A stretch of DNA of 64,000 nucleotides from a virus (Duplodnaviria; Caudoviricetes): positions 19,180-83,179 of IMG/VR virus record IMGVR_UViG_3300011336_000243. The stretch is one strand, 5' to 3'. Positions 11,901 through 21,200 of the stretch are shown here, piece by piece. A program made the position numbers and the translations under genes. Within the stretch, counting starts at the first letter, position 1, and each line of letters opens with the position of its first letter. Below the pieces are notes generated by a model, which worked only from the letters and a program-made list of their open reading frames with translations, was not told the origin of the DNA and made no database searches.

Positions 11901-14900
11901 GATGAAGAAATTGTATGGCAGGATACGTAGCTAAGTTAATATTTAAGTAGTCTAATAATCTGTCTTTTGCATTATCTACGGCAGCTGATTGATAAACAGT
12001 ATGGTTTTCATGTTTAGACCTTCTGTTAGTAACCATCTCACCTGTCTTTTTATCTTTGTACGTGTACTCAGAATACCCTTCACCAGAAAGTCTATTAAAA
12101 CTCATTCCATTAAGTACTATAACTTCAGGGACTTCATCACCTTTATCATAAGAACCTAATTTTACATTTGCTCCTTGTAAGTCTGAGTTGAAAGTTACAG
12201 CTAATGAAGTACTACCTACTAAAGTCTTTGCATCTTTTCCTGAATCAAACTGTGACATTTGTGTAAAACCACTCCAGTACCAATCTTCATTAGAATCATT
12301 AGGAAACTTTTCATTCATCAAAGTCAAGTCATTTAAGTCTAATGCTTTTGTTACTTTCTCTGCAGAAACTACAGGATCAGTTAAGATAGCCCAGTGTAAA
12401 GCTACATATTGATTTACTATAAAATCTTCAGTTTCTTCCTCTGCCATTCTTAAACCACTTAAATCCTCATTTATAGTAAGTCTGTTATCTAAAGGTTTAA
12501 AAGAGTTAATCTTTTCTGTAGACTTTACGTTGTAAGGAAACTTGTAGGTATAGATTTTATCTACGTCAAAGTCAGAACCCATCTGTCCTGTAATCATGTC
12601 TGGAACAAACATAACGTCTCCCATCCAGTCAGGAACAAAACCTACTATTTCCATAGCAAGCATAGAGTTATGACCTTGGTTTGGAATACGAGCACCTACT
12701 AAACGTAGTAATTCCTGAGGAACTCTTTCCAAATCTAACATAGTTCGACCGTTCTCATCTACTTTCACGTAGTCCTTCACTGACTGTAGTTTACCGTTTA
12801 CGTGGAAGTTAAATGGCGCCAACACTTGTGCAGGTTTAACTACACCATCTTCTATTCTTTGATGCTTAAGTGGTTCAGTCCCATCGTAGCCTTCTACAAA
12901 AACTATCTCCGCTTTTTGTTCAGCAGTCAACTCATTAAACTGTTTTACGTCTTGGAAGTAACCTGTACTAGATGCCTGTACGTAACTCTTACCTGGTATT
13001 TTAGTAGTAGTCACTTTTTTAATCATTGACATAATCAAAGACTCAAACTTTTCTTGCGCATTGTGCAGTAAGAAAGGCACTACAAATTCTTGAGAGTCTA
13101 CTGTGTTTCCATCAGGTAAGACTTTAGTGTCTACAAATAACTTTAGTGCTACTAAATCATTACTTGTATATCCACGTGACTTAGCTTCTTCTTCTAGTTT
13201 AGCTACAAGTAAAGCTTTGTCTAAGTCTCGACTTTCTTCATTAATACCTAAAGCTTTTAAGACTTTAGGATATTCTTTTTGAGCCATTGCAGCTCTTAGT
13301 TTTTCTTTATAACGACGAAGTTCTTTACCTTTTACAGTAGTTCCATCTATTTGAAAGTCTAAAGAGTTAATACCTTCTACTATTAACTTATTCATCTGAG
13401 ACACAATCTTTACTTCTTCTTTTGCTTCATCATAAGGGATGTCTTGTTGAATTTTAAAGTTTGCTCTGTCTACTTGCTGTATAGCTGGTAATAAGTTTTC
13501 ACTAGTCAATTGTGTAAAGTTTGCTAGTTTAGTAGGCTTACCCATTTTAACAGCAGACTCAAACGTAATACGTTGTACTCCTCCATTAATTGTTACTCCA
13601 TCTACTGTTCTTCCTTCAGCTAATTTACGTAGGTTATCCATGTGTTTACTACGTACTGTGAACTGTGGTAATAAAGGATAAGCAGAAGACTTGATATAAT
13701 CTAAGTATCTAATGTTTCCATTGTTTACACTTCTCCATCCTGCTACTACTGGTTTCATAGCCTGCATAGGTTGTAACATCTGCTTTAGTTGGTCGTCTGT
13801 AAACTTATAAAAACCATCTTTGTCTGCATTGTCTACGACACCTTTTAACTCATCAAATAAGTTACTATCTATAAGACCGTAAGCTTTCATTACAGTAAGA
13901 TGCTCCATCACAGTAGTAAACTCTTGAGCATCTGTTCCATTAAAAGAAGTGATACCTCTTAACTCTTTCATGTAATCTTGCTTAAAAGTTTTTCCATCTT
14001 TTACGTCAGAGAAAACTAACTGGTTGTATTGAGTATCTTCAAACTGTCCTTTAGAACCAGGTGCAATGTCTTTAGCGGTACGTTTAGAGTACTCTTTCAT
14101 TGTAGAAACTACATCTTTCTTAAAAGCTAATGCAGGATCTCCAAAGAATAACATAGACATATTCATACTGTGTACAGCGTAGTTAGCAGAGAATTCCATA
14201 ACTACTTGTTCTAAAACTCTTCTTTTGTTTCCAGCAGTATCTTCTGGGTTATACCCTTCTCTTGATGCTATATCTTTACTAATACGTTTAATGACTTTTT
14301 GATCTACGTTGTTTAGTCCTATACCTAAATCTTCTACATTAGCTAAGTCTTTAGCTATTTGCTTTTTAAGATGCTCTGTAATATAAGTAGTACCGTAATC
14401 TTTTAAAAACTGTCTTAACTGTTCTTCACTTAACTTTTTAATAGTGCCGTCTTCGTTCCATAAGACTTTACCCATATCAGCATTGCCAGACTTTCCACCT
14501 ATTTCAGATTTGTTGAATGGTAAGAAGTAAAAGTATTTACCACCTTCCTTAAACTGAGCGTCAGTATGTAGATTGTTTTCAGTCATTCTTTGATGCTCAA
14601 GTACTCTACTGTACTCAGCCATAAATTTCTCTTCTAGTCCTTGTATACACTTGCTAATTTCGTAACGTGGTAATCCTTGAAAAATAGGAGTTTCTGTTTT
14701 ATCTGAGTGAGACAAAGACATCAAAGAGATGGTATCAGGTTGTTGATAGAATAGACCTAGAGCTGTTTGTATTTGTTCACGTAGAGACATATATTGTCTT
14801 ACTACTCCTTTGTCTGTTTCATTATGATTTAGCCCACTTAAAGATGATAGTGCGAATTTGTTTCTGTTCTTAGGTACGCTAAAATAAGATAAAAAGTTTT

Positions 14901-17900
14901 TACACCCATTACGTGCAAGTAATGACTTCTTAGAGTTTTCTGCAAACTTCTGCCAGTTATTCTGCATTAACTGTACTTGGTCAGATAAAGAAGTGTTTAA
15001 CTGATTAAGTGATATAGTCTTTCCTTCTGTACTTCTGTACGTAGAAGTGTTCATGATTGGAGTATGCATCATAGTCAACTTAGCCAACATCTTCATTGTA
15101 GTTGGTTCTGTTAATAAAGGATTGTTTAGCATCACTTTATTCATTCCTTCATCACTTAACTCTTGGTCTTCTTTAAAGATACCTTCACCTGCAGCTTTAG
15201 CAAAGAAGAAAGAGAATGGTCCACCTGGTGTACTTAATGCGTTCATTCCAAAACATCCTTTCCATGAAGTCTTCATGTAATTCTTTATATTGTCTTCACC
15301 ATTAAAACTTCTAGTCATAGTTTCTATAGCACCATCAGGTAAGTCTATACCGTACTCAGCAAACATCTTTTGTAGAATACCTCCTACTATCTTACGCTTT
15401 TGACTAAAGTCTATTGTACCTGGAGTACTAAAACCTTGTTCGTCTACTACAGGTTTAGTAGGAAATTCGTCTTCTATTAACTGTTCTAAAGTACCTTTAA
15501 AGTACTTACGAATACCACTGTTTTCAAACTCATCTTGAATAGCAGCTTTAGCTTCTGCAACTCTTTGACTTTCTGTTTCATTATAAGAAGTTAAAGCAGT
15601 TTGTTTATTACCGCCTAGTTTAGCAAAGTTTGCAGGTTTAAAACGTAGTGTCTCAAGTTTGTTGAAGAACTTAATGATGTTCCAGTGCTTTCTAGATTCT
15701 TCTATGTCTATAACAGCTTTGTTGTTTACTACCTTTACTATAGGACTAAGAGCAAACTCTTCTCTCCATTTGTCAACTAAGTCAGTCTCATTTCCACTAC
15801 GTGCTAAGTCCCTAACTTTTACATCAAGTATTTTACCACCTTCATCTCCTCCAGTTTCTATTAGTTTAGTTCTAACTTCTAGACCCTTTTTGTTCTGTTG
15901 GTACATAGCCTTCATGAACTGATGTTTAATGATAAGTGGAGTCTTATCACTCATTAGTTGATGTCCTACTTTCCAAGTAGATGGGCCACCCATAGTCTTT
16001 AATAAAGTCGCTGCTTTTTCTACAGTTAGTTCAGGTTGCCCTGCTAAGACTAAAGCACATTTACTAAAGATTTCATCAAAGTTTGTCGCGTAGTAAACCG
16101 ACATGCCTATAGAGTTCTTCTTTATATTAGTAGGTTTCTTAGGATTGATAATAGAGTTACCGTTCTCATCTACCATAAAGTTAAAACTTTCTTCTTCTGT
16201 AAACGTAGATAGCCACATTTTTACACGAACTGAAGTAGTGCCTCTTTGATCTTTGGTTACGTTGTCATAGTTTTCTCTATAGACTTGTCCTTCATTCAAA
16301 GCTTCTACTTCACTCTCTTCACTTTCTATATCGTCGTCAGGTGTAGTCACTGCATCTTTTTCTGTAATCTCATCTAACTTTAACTTAGCGTCATCATTTA
16401 ATAAGTCTGGAGAATTTGCTGGTAAGTCTTTTAACTTATAAAACAAGTTCTGTAACTTCATAGAATTCTCTGCACTGATTACGTAACCTAGTGCTTCCAT
16501 GTTATTTAGAACTAACTGTAATATACTTTTACGTTGGTCTACTCCTTTTTGGATAGTTACTTTTCCATCTTTACCTGTAACTTTACTTCCAGCTGGAAAA
16601 CTAAAACTTCTAATGGCTGCTTCTAACTTATCTGCTTCTTCATTCTTACCATCTTTTCTAAATAGATTAACTTGTATCTTTAAAGAGTTTAGTGCACTAC
16701 GTAAAGCAAGTTGAATAGGAGGAGTCTTAGCTGTTGACTGAGTTAACACTTTATACGTAGAGTATAGAGCCATGCCTGCTATTTCTAATTGGAAGTCTTG
16801 GCCAAACTCAGACAAGTATCCTATAGTTTTGTTGTTAGCATCTACTAAAGGTACTTCTGTTTTCATTCTTTGTTCCTTTACAGCTTCTGGATCTAACTTC
16901 AGATTACCTAGTCCCACTGTATCAGGATTTACTGAACTACGTAGAACCTCAGGACTATTGTTCATGTATGCCTCTACGTCTTTACTGAACTTTAAGTTAG
17001 TAGGAAAGGTGTCTTTCATCTCTGCCTTAATCTCTGCAACCATAGTCACATACTCTTGAGCAGTCATACCGTTAGTGTCTCTACGTAAAGCTTCTTTACT
17101 TAGTGGGTTCTTAAGAGGAAGAAGAATAGTGTCTGTAGTGTTTAAAGCAGGAAGTATCCAGTTATCTTTAATCCACTGACGCATTTCATTTACGTCGTCT
17201 ACTGTTACTTCGTAGTATTTACGTGCTTGCTTGAATGGACGTGTAGGTAATGCTGGAGCTGGTATTACTTTAGTTTCTTCTGTAGTGGGAGTAGTTTGTA
17301 AGGGTGCTTTAGGGATTTTCACAAAATCAATTACTACAGAGAAGCTGTTTCTTACATCATCTAGTTTAGTTTGTATATCAGCTTTTAAACTTTCTGAAAT
17401 GTCTGCACTTAAATCGTACTCATAATTCCCTACTACTTCCGTGTACAACTCAACAGTAGGCTCATTAAACAATTCTTGTGCTTTAGGTTCAAACTCTGTA
17501 AGAATAGTGGTAAACGGTACTAGGTTTCTTTTTATACTAACCACTTTAGTTGCGTAGTTTTGATTGAAGTACTCAAGTTCTTTTCCTTGTAACCCTGTGT
17601 ATTGGAATGTAGCGTACTCTGAGTCTCTAGTAGCTAACCCTAAATCTACTAGTTTTAACCAGACTTTAGCTGCTTCTGGTTTAAACCCATCACTGTTGAC
17701 TAGAAATTTTCCCCTTTGTTTAGCTTGTTCTCCTTTTAATATATACAAAGCTACTCCTAGTCCTTTATTTCTATACTCTTTTGGAAGTTGAATATGCTCA
17801 GGCTCTACTGTGTTTTTACCTTCTATAGGTGCAAATATAATCTTACTGGGGTCTAAAGGTTTTTCTTCATCTATAAGTTCATTAGGGTTTTCTCCTATAC

Positions 17901-18219
17901 GTAATAACGTCTCGATGTCGTCTATGGCTTTTAATATTCGTGAGTCTACTGAGTTAGTAGTCTCCTGAGCTAGGTGGATGTCTTGAACAGTCTCTAGGTT
18001 TGGAAATAATCCTTTTACCCACTCAAACGTGGGTTCTTGACTCTCTGCATCTACTGGCATGTTAGGAGCTACTGTCTCCTTAAACTTTCCATGCAGAGTC
18101 TCAAAGTCAGTAGAATACACGTAGTTCATTATACGTGAGGTCTCCTGTTCTCCATAGGCTTGAGTTAGTGCAGTTGCTAATACAGATTTCTTTCCATTCC
18201 AAGAAGTGTAACAATTCAT
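5920..18219 (-). CDS. Virion-packaged multisubunit-type RNA polymerase polyprotein (phi14:2 gp66-like core) with GNAT and zincin domains
   Basis: Catalytic GSDFDVDK (DxDxD at 12559-12573), ARIPNQG, YSKRTAKDIAPG and DAQEFTT. HELTH at 10099-10113. EYRNKGLG at about 17758-17778. Confidence 0.92.
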   Translation of the reverse strand: MNCYTSWNGKKSVLATALTQAYGEQETSRIMNYVYSTDFETLHGKFKETVAPNMPVDAESQEPTFEWVKGLFPNLETVQDIHLAQETTNSVDSRILKAIDDIETLLRIGENPNELIDEEKPLDPSKIIFAPIEGKNTVEPEHIQLPKEYRNKGLGVALYILKGEQAKQRGKFLVNSDGFKPEAAKVWLKLVDLGLATRDSEYATFQYTGLQGKELEYFNQNYATKVVSIKRNLVPFTTILTEFEPKAQELFNEPTVELYTEVVGNYEYDLSADISESLKADIQTKLDDVRNSFSVVIDFVKIPKAPLQTTPTTEETKVIPAPALPTRPFKQARKYYEVTVDDVNEMRQWIKDNWILPALNTTDTILLPLKNPLSKEALRRDTNGMTAQEYVTMVAEIKAEMKDTFPTNLKFSKDVEAYMNNSPEVLRSSVNPDTVGLGNLKLDPEAVKEQRMKTEVPLVDANNKTIGYLSEFGQDFQLEIAGMALYSTYKVLTQSTAKTPPIQLALRSALNSLKIQVNLFRKDGKNEEADKLEAAIRSFSFPAGSKVTGKDGKVTIQKGVDQRKSILQLVLNNMEALGYVISAENSMKLQNLFYKLKDLPANSPDLLNDDAKLKLDEITEKDAVTTPDDDIESEESEVEALNEGQVYRENYDNVTKDQRGTTSVRVKMWLSTFTEEESFNFMVDENGNSIINPKKPTNIKKNSIGMSVYYATNFDEIFSKCALVLAGQPELTVEKAATLLKTMGGPSTWKVGHQLMSDKTPLIIKHQFMKAMYQQNKKGLEVRTKLIETGGDEGGKILDVKVRDLARSGNETDLVDKWREEFALSPIVKVVNNKAVIDIEESRKHWNIIKFFNKLETLRFKPANFAKLGGNKQTALTSYNETESQRVAEAKAAIQDEFENSGIRKYFKGTLEQLIEDEFPTKPVVDEQGFSTPGTIDFSQKRKIVGGILQKMFAEYGIDLPDGAIETMTRSFNGEDNIKNYMKTSWKGCFGMNALSTPGGPFSFFFAKAAGEGIFKEDQELSDEGMNKVMLNNPLLTEPTTMKMLAKLTMMHTPIMNTSTYRSTEGKTISLNQLNTSLSDQVQLMQNNWQKFAENSKKSLLARNGCKNFLSYFSVPKNRNKFALSSLSGLNHNETDKGVVRQYMSLREQIQTALGLFYQQPDTISLMSLSHSDKTETPIFQGLPRYEISKCIQGLEEKFMAEYSRVLEHQRMTENNLHTDAQFKEGGKYFYFLPFNKSEIGGKSGNADMGKVLWNEDGTIKKLSEEQLRQFLKDYGTTYITEHLKKQIAKDLANVEDLGIGLNNVDQKVIKRISKDIASREGYNPEDTAGNKRRVLEQVVMEFSANYAVHSMNMSMLFFGDPALAFKKDVVSTMKEYSKRTAKDIAPGSKGQFEDTQYNQLVFSDVKDGKTFKQDYMKELRGITSFNGTDAQEFTTVMEHLTVMKAYGLIDSNLFDELKGVVDNADKDGFYKFTDDQLKQMLQPMQAMKPVVAGWRSVNNGNIRYLDYIKSSAYPLLPQFTVRSKHMDNLRKLAEGRTVDGVTINGGVQRITFESAVKMGKPTKLANFTQLTSENLLPAIQQVDRANFKIQQDIPYDEAKEEVKIVSQMNKLIVEGINSLDFQIDGTTVKGKELRRYKEKLRAAMAQKEYPKVLKALGINEESRDLDKALLVAKLEEEAKSRGYTSNDLVALKLFVDTKVLPDGNTVDSQEFVVPFLLHNAQEKFESLIMSMIKKVTTTKIPGKSYVQASSTGYFQDVKQFNELTAEQKAEIVFVEGYDGTEPLKHQRIEDGVVKPAQVLAPFNFHVNGKLQSVKDYVKVDENGRTMLDLERVPQELLRLVGARIPNQGHNSMLAMEIVGFVPDWMGDVMFVPDMITGQMGSDFDVDKIYTYKFPYNVKSTEKINSFKPLDNRLTINEDLSGLRMAEEETEDFIVNQYVALHWAILTDPVVSAEKVTKALDLNDLTLMNEKFPNDSNEDWYWSGFTQMSQFDSGKDAKTLVGSTSLAVTFNSDLQGANVKLGSYDKGDEVPEVIVLNGMSFNRLSGEGYSEYTYKDKKTGEMVTNRRSKHENHTVYQSAAVDNAKDRLLDYLNINLATYPAIQFLHQLGNSKGEALGVDFVIALMLQAPIKKFAKMMSNAKDSISEFPKNAEKIFDEIEASYKKVEETMIPITSKSLEDLVKTKELTPEQKALELQAFKAFRYAYEKGQDLGKLQKTINQDTNGAGKNFIYAQSQAENKTNLFELNGGRSFIGGHTLLADNIEKSTLFNLTIGLATDLQSDLMPMRSMQEVNSKIAIQMKTSLTSLSNEKALKLQRAYKAAVLSSPLSLGVDKYAERIRLLYGTATETSLAQRVFEWRKENPGNYFVERIKVQGSKSIAEPSTISYENGKAVLMDTEANINAFMSMFNSTDKKTAQLAKDIATYALLLSPNNGPNSFISKVPAALLLSKEFSQELRDMEAKVGNITRQYFQHNPTDAVKMNYRDISSYKINDGLSIPEVFNLNNSNRKVIEPLETDDGAVSYFHVEFPSGVALYANVGGLTYQRIDTLGKGALTEYDLNTSHMRSVFPKNRAYTSMQQTGTATNEEKARLNREVKELHDRNGNYLKNLEGTTVGTTEIQYALDLMSVNVELPGHLRVLADQMSLMDLRGEDQLASLLGDTYGQLSLEVNNGNANLYSIRNNKITLGTNRGQSSIAKMSGKLLHELTHVNSSAVLSLLGFGNKPGYTTVIKNNQVLFKKAARLDKLRYQALSAFRNGLSEERRAIADRLIAIMKEESTPDRDARLREVEKEMRPTNEEFQIMYALSSVTEFIPGVLTEGSVIKFLNTVEGDKAWYQNLIDNILDFLTSMLESIGVTVNDKSILKEAYALAYDIVKRTDKLELTRNADGKFELGDNIFASEYNAIEQSAVVEKVYGIENDVVDLGTHYSIAPVTPSKSLADARQLEILRERMELQLDQVNTVIAINAYTPEEFERRGIAEKIYDEISEDLSNVIREKDLLLLNDIAAKQLDWARTLLNRKAMTHEECSMISTLLKLWEGITDIYTPDSPKLIPTVYNQMGDVRKQLDGLIPQMQEYAGHTLIKVSAKAGFTVETKDFTDDLQNPNLLTKWGLTLAKDLNRAIQSYAIQVKMAADMAQESQLEHRDALVDLKALMKEYQQATGKSQQEVMDLFIQSDPSDPNMFGLTQRLNSQWYTNNSKILGKHIDTLWNAKRNSNAPAEVKKAWDRFWETKKDQMIIDPNLFFNYDGTRKLGEDSAEYKALVDFCGSKEIVDDAIRSTQATIQRFNDSKNVRKNHILDNVKLTPGEDAELVLAITKSFTSTYAVGTAEYKAELDAVIETRREEALKDKAAQEFTRYQQERSPFFFTDTQAKPEEHPNLRHTGYYAPAFIPKASSSNIDPKYNVIMGDKRLSKIYETFKNMSKEFRSYLPPNVQNQLHENFLPITNAADVEENYGLLTRMQNTNVGKKIFHAFSVTEEQVNRVGNGSIPLMYTKGNKSTASRDLFKMFEMFGNMAIHFHYMAPMEAQYTTMKTLINKESQKRKNSDNKEKPELTNLMDAVDYYNDALVRKKAINVQGVSKKPIFTMNPLKWESDTRRYEALRDKKEEIVEKLKTLDVELQKEEIALLEKELAQVNKEFEAMEDKKRYFAVSKAGDTLMGINQLRALAFSPFSAFANLTYGLMAVHIYSMGFRADKDGFTNGEFSSKQYGTALKMMRGNIVKTLGSIRGAKGSDQAQKIKNFLDRIGLIDQFLETQAGKSNLTELERSNLKKTFDPMAWQKNGDFLSKGAMALAMALNTKVEVNGVATNLFEALGQDAKWDEEANGKAENWYSKDKTLQTDWNKFKTKVRHTSIIVFGNQDKNSPQYGRKEILGRLIGQFRNSWLYDGINARWGGESQEEDVVLGRKTKGRYRTYIDLGSSSFKVVGKQMLSVINKSIDPYEGLMTDQWTTNAKGEKILKKMPIRDFEIENLRRNMAELSYGIGLYALTQLIRMMLKGLDDDDEAEKKFVSMMTNILYRNYQDVSMYSDYGTFSQFTGSLIPAASLVQDAWKATKATAKLTYEEDPDLYHDLLLKWSKVVPIVNNLNKFDFMFNRSLEDIKR

Positions 18220-18238
18220 ACTTTGTAGATTTTGACTA

Positions 18239-18246
18239 CAAATGTA
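18239..18246 (-). promoter_or_regulatory. -7 promoter box TACATTTG for the vRNAP gene
   Basis: TAnnTTTG 19 nt upstream of ATG 18219. Confidence 0.6.
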
Positions 18247-18254
18247 AGACTATC

Positions 18255-21200
18255 TTAGCACTTCTTAAAAGGATTCCAACTAATAGACTTAAAGCCTTGT
18301 GCTTTTAATGCAACTAAAGCTTCATCTACAGTCATTCCATTACGTTCAGACTGTGGTGTACTATACAATAAAGAACTTAAAGCTTCTGGTGTAACTGCTG
18401 TCCCGTTCTCTATATGCGGAGTTGCTGGTTCAAGACTTTCAAACTCATCTGCAAAAGGATTAAACGTGTCATCTATAGCTTCTGTTGCCGTTATTGGTGT
18501 AGTATTAGGAGCAAAGTCTACAAAACCTGTGTTAAACTTAATTACTGGGTTAGATGCATAAAACTTCTCACCTGTTTTAGGCTGACTACGATTAGTACTT
18601 GGAACACTTAAAGGTCTAATGTTAGTAGAAATCTTAGACATGATAAAGTTTCTATAAGTAGGATAACTTTTAGTAACCCACTCACCATTGTTATTCACGT
18701 TTAACTCTATAAAAGGGTCATCTTCTTCAAAAGAAAGTCCTTGTATATTTCCCTTCTGAATGTTGACAAGCTGAGGTCTGTTCTCCAGAAACTCTTTTAA
18801 CATTTCTACTGAGTCACTATCTAGTTCTCCATTCTTGTTGATACTTAACTTCTTTACTACAGAACCTTCTTCAGTTTTCTTACAGATTTCAATAGTAAAC
18901 CCATGGCCGTCTTTACTAAAATCTATAGCGTACCCTTTGTATTTTGGGTCAATTAAGAACTTAGTAATGTCTGTGGTATAAGAAAAGTACTGCGTAAATA
19001 CATTACGTAGGTCTTGCAGTTTGTCTATTCGTTTACCTATAAGGTTTTCTATACGGTCTATATCTTTTTGGTTCTTTTCTGTACTTTGCGCTATTACTAT
19101 CTCAAGTAATCTTTTAACAGCAGGAAAAGTATCATTGTCTAAAAGTGTATTAGGTTTTACAGTCATAGGAATCATAGTACCATTAGCTCCAGGAACTAAA
19201 GCAACTACTTGTCCTTCCATTCCTTTTCTATAGACTACAGAAGGGTCACCACCTGTCATAGAAGTCAAAGTATCAGATACTACGTGAAGTTCTAACTCAC
19301 TAATAAATCTAGCAGCTGGTTCGTATTTATGAGCAAGGTTTACACGTCCTGCACCTTTAGTTTCTACAACACTGTTTAACGTAGCGCCTGTAAGATGTGC
19401 ATTGATAACAGCCTCTCTAATCTTACGAAGCCTGTCCGCTTCTGCTTGTGCGTTTCCACTTATTGTTCCTCCATTACCATCAGATATTAAATCTACCACG
19501 TGGATAAATCTATCATCAGAAGTAGAACCTGGTATTTCTGCCAAGATCCATCCTACTTTATGAATGTACGTAGTGTATCCTGTTGGGTTACCTGCATCGT
19601 CTAACACTTCTACCTTAATAGGAATGTTGTCTATAGCATCTTGTCTTTCAGCTTCATCAGAAGAGTTTAATCCTCTTAAGTAATCTTCTACACTTTTTTC
19701 TCTTTCTAAGTTTAACTTATCTCCTGTATAGTCAGAAGTAGACTCAGGTTTAACAGCTAAACCATCATAGTCCATATCTACAGATATACTAAGTTTAGTA
19801 CCTGGAGGTAATCCTTCTTTACGTAAAACATCTAAGTCTGTTTCTGAAGAGACTTTTCCTGTATTATTCCATACTCTATCTCCTTCTTTTACATCTCCAG
19901 GAGGAGCATCCATTACAGTAGTGTTGTAGGCTACTATATTCTGATGGGCCACAGCATTATGGGGACTGACTTGCTTAGCTCCATGCTGACGTCCTGACTC
20001 ATTAGTACTAGGTATGAATTCAGCAGGCACGAATTCTACTGAGTGTACTTCTTGGTCTATGTCTAAAGTGTCTGTAGTTTCTTCTGTAGTTTCTGTTGTT
20101 GGTTCTTCTATAGGAAGTTCTTCTAATACACTTGCAGACTCTACTACTCTAAAACCTTTCTCTTCTATAGCAGCCTTAGCTATGTTAAAGTAAGGAGCTG
20201 CTTCTCTTACAGTCAATCCGTGAGAAGTAGCAAAAGGAGCAAACGTAATGTCATCATGAACTACCTCTTCCATGTGTTTAGCTGTTGCTTCTTCTACGTA
20301 GGTTGCTAAGTCATCTGCTAGTTGTACAGTTGCATCACTTCTACGTAAGTTATCAAGAGTTTCTTCAAATACAGTTTTAGTAGGAAGGACTTCTTCGGAC
20401 GCAAGGGGTGGAGAGACTGGATCCATTGTAGTTTCTTCTGGAACTTCTTCTTCTGTTACTGGTTCAGCCTCAGCTTCTGGTAGTGGGTTCTTTTGGTTCT
20501 CATCTACTTCTTCAGTACTTTGTAACTCAACCATAGTTGCTTCAATTAAAGCTTGGTTTTCTTTTAAAAACTGACTAAGTTGCGTAGGTAGTGATTCTAG
20601 TGAAGCTAAGATTCTTGCACGTTGTACTTCTTTCTGTCTAAACTGTTGTAAGATTTTATTGTACAACTCTTTTCTTTCTTCAAGTAAGTTAGCTAATGCA
20701 GGATTCTTTGTAGCTTCATCAATTAAGTTGCGTAGGTTTTCTAAGTCTGCTAAGTTGTTACGCATAGTGGCAACTACTTTTCTTAACTCTTTCTCATTTT
20801 CTTTTTGCAGTCTTTCATACTGTTTACGTACTAAGTCTTCTCTAGTCTTTAAATTCTCAACCCTTCCTCTCAAAGCTTTTTGAGTTGCAAGGGTTTCTTT
20901 TTCCATTTTAGCATTCAACTCTTTGTAGTAGTTGCTAGTAATCTTCATTACAGAAGAAAGACTTTTAGCCGTAGACAATTCCTTTAAGTGCTCATCATGT
21001 CCTTTAATCATATCATCAAGTCTAGATGCTACGTTGGATAATCTACGATAATTAGCTGCTATAGGAAGTCTTTCGTTTACATCTTTATAGTAGTCTGATA
21101 TAGTTTTATTAGGGTTGTTTTCTAACCACGTTGCGTAAACAGTAGAAGCTGCTAAAGTCTCTGCGTGTTTATCTAAATCCTTTTCTAAAGAAGCTTTACG

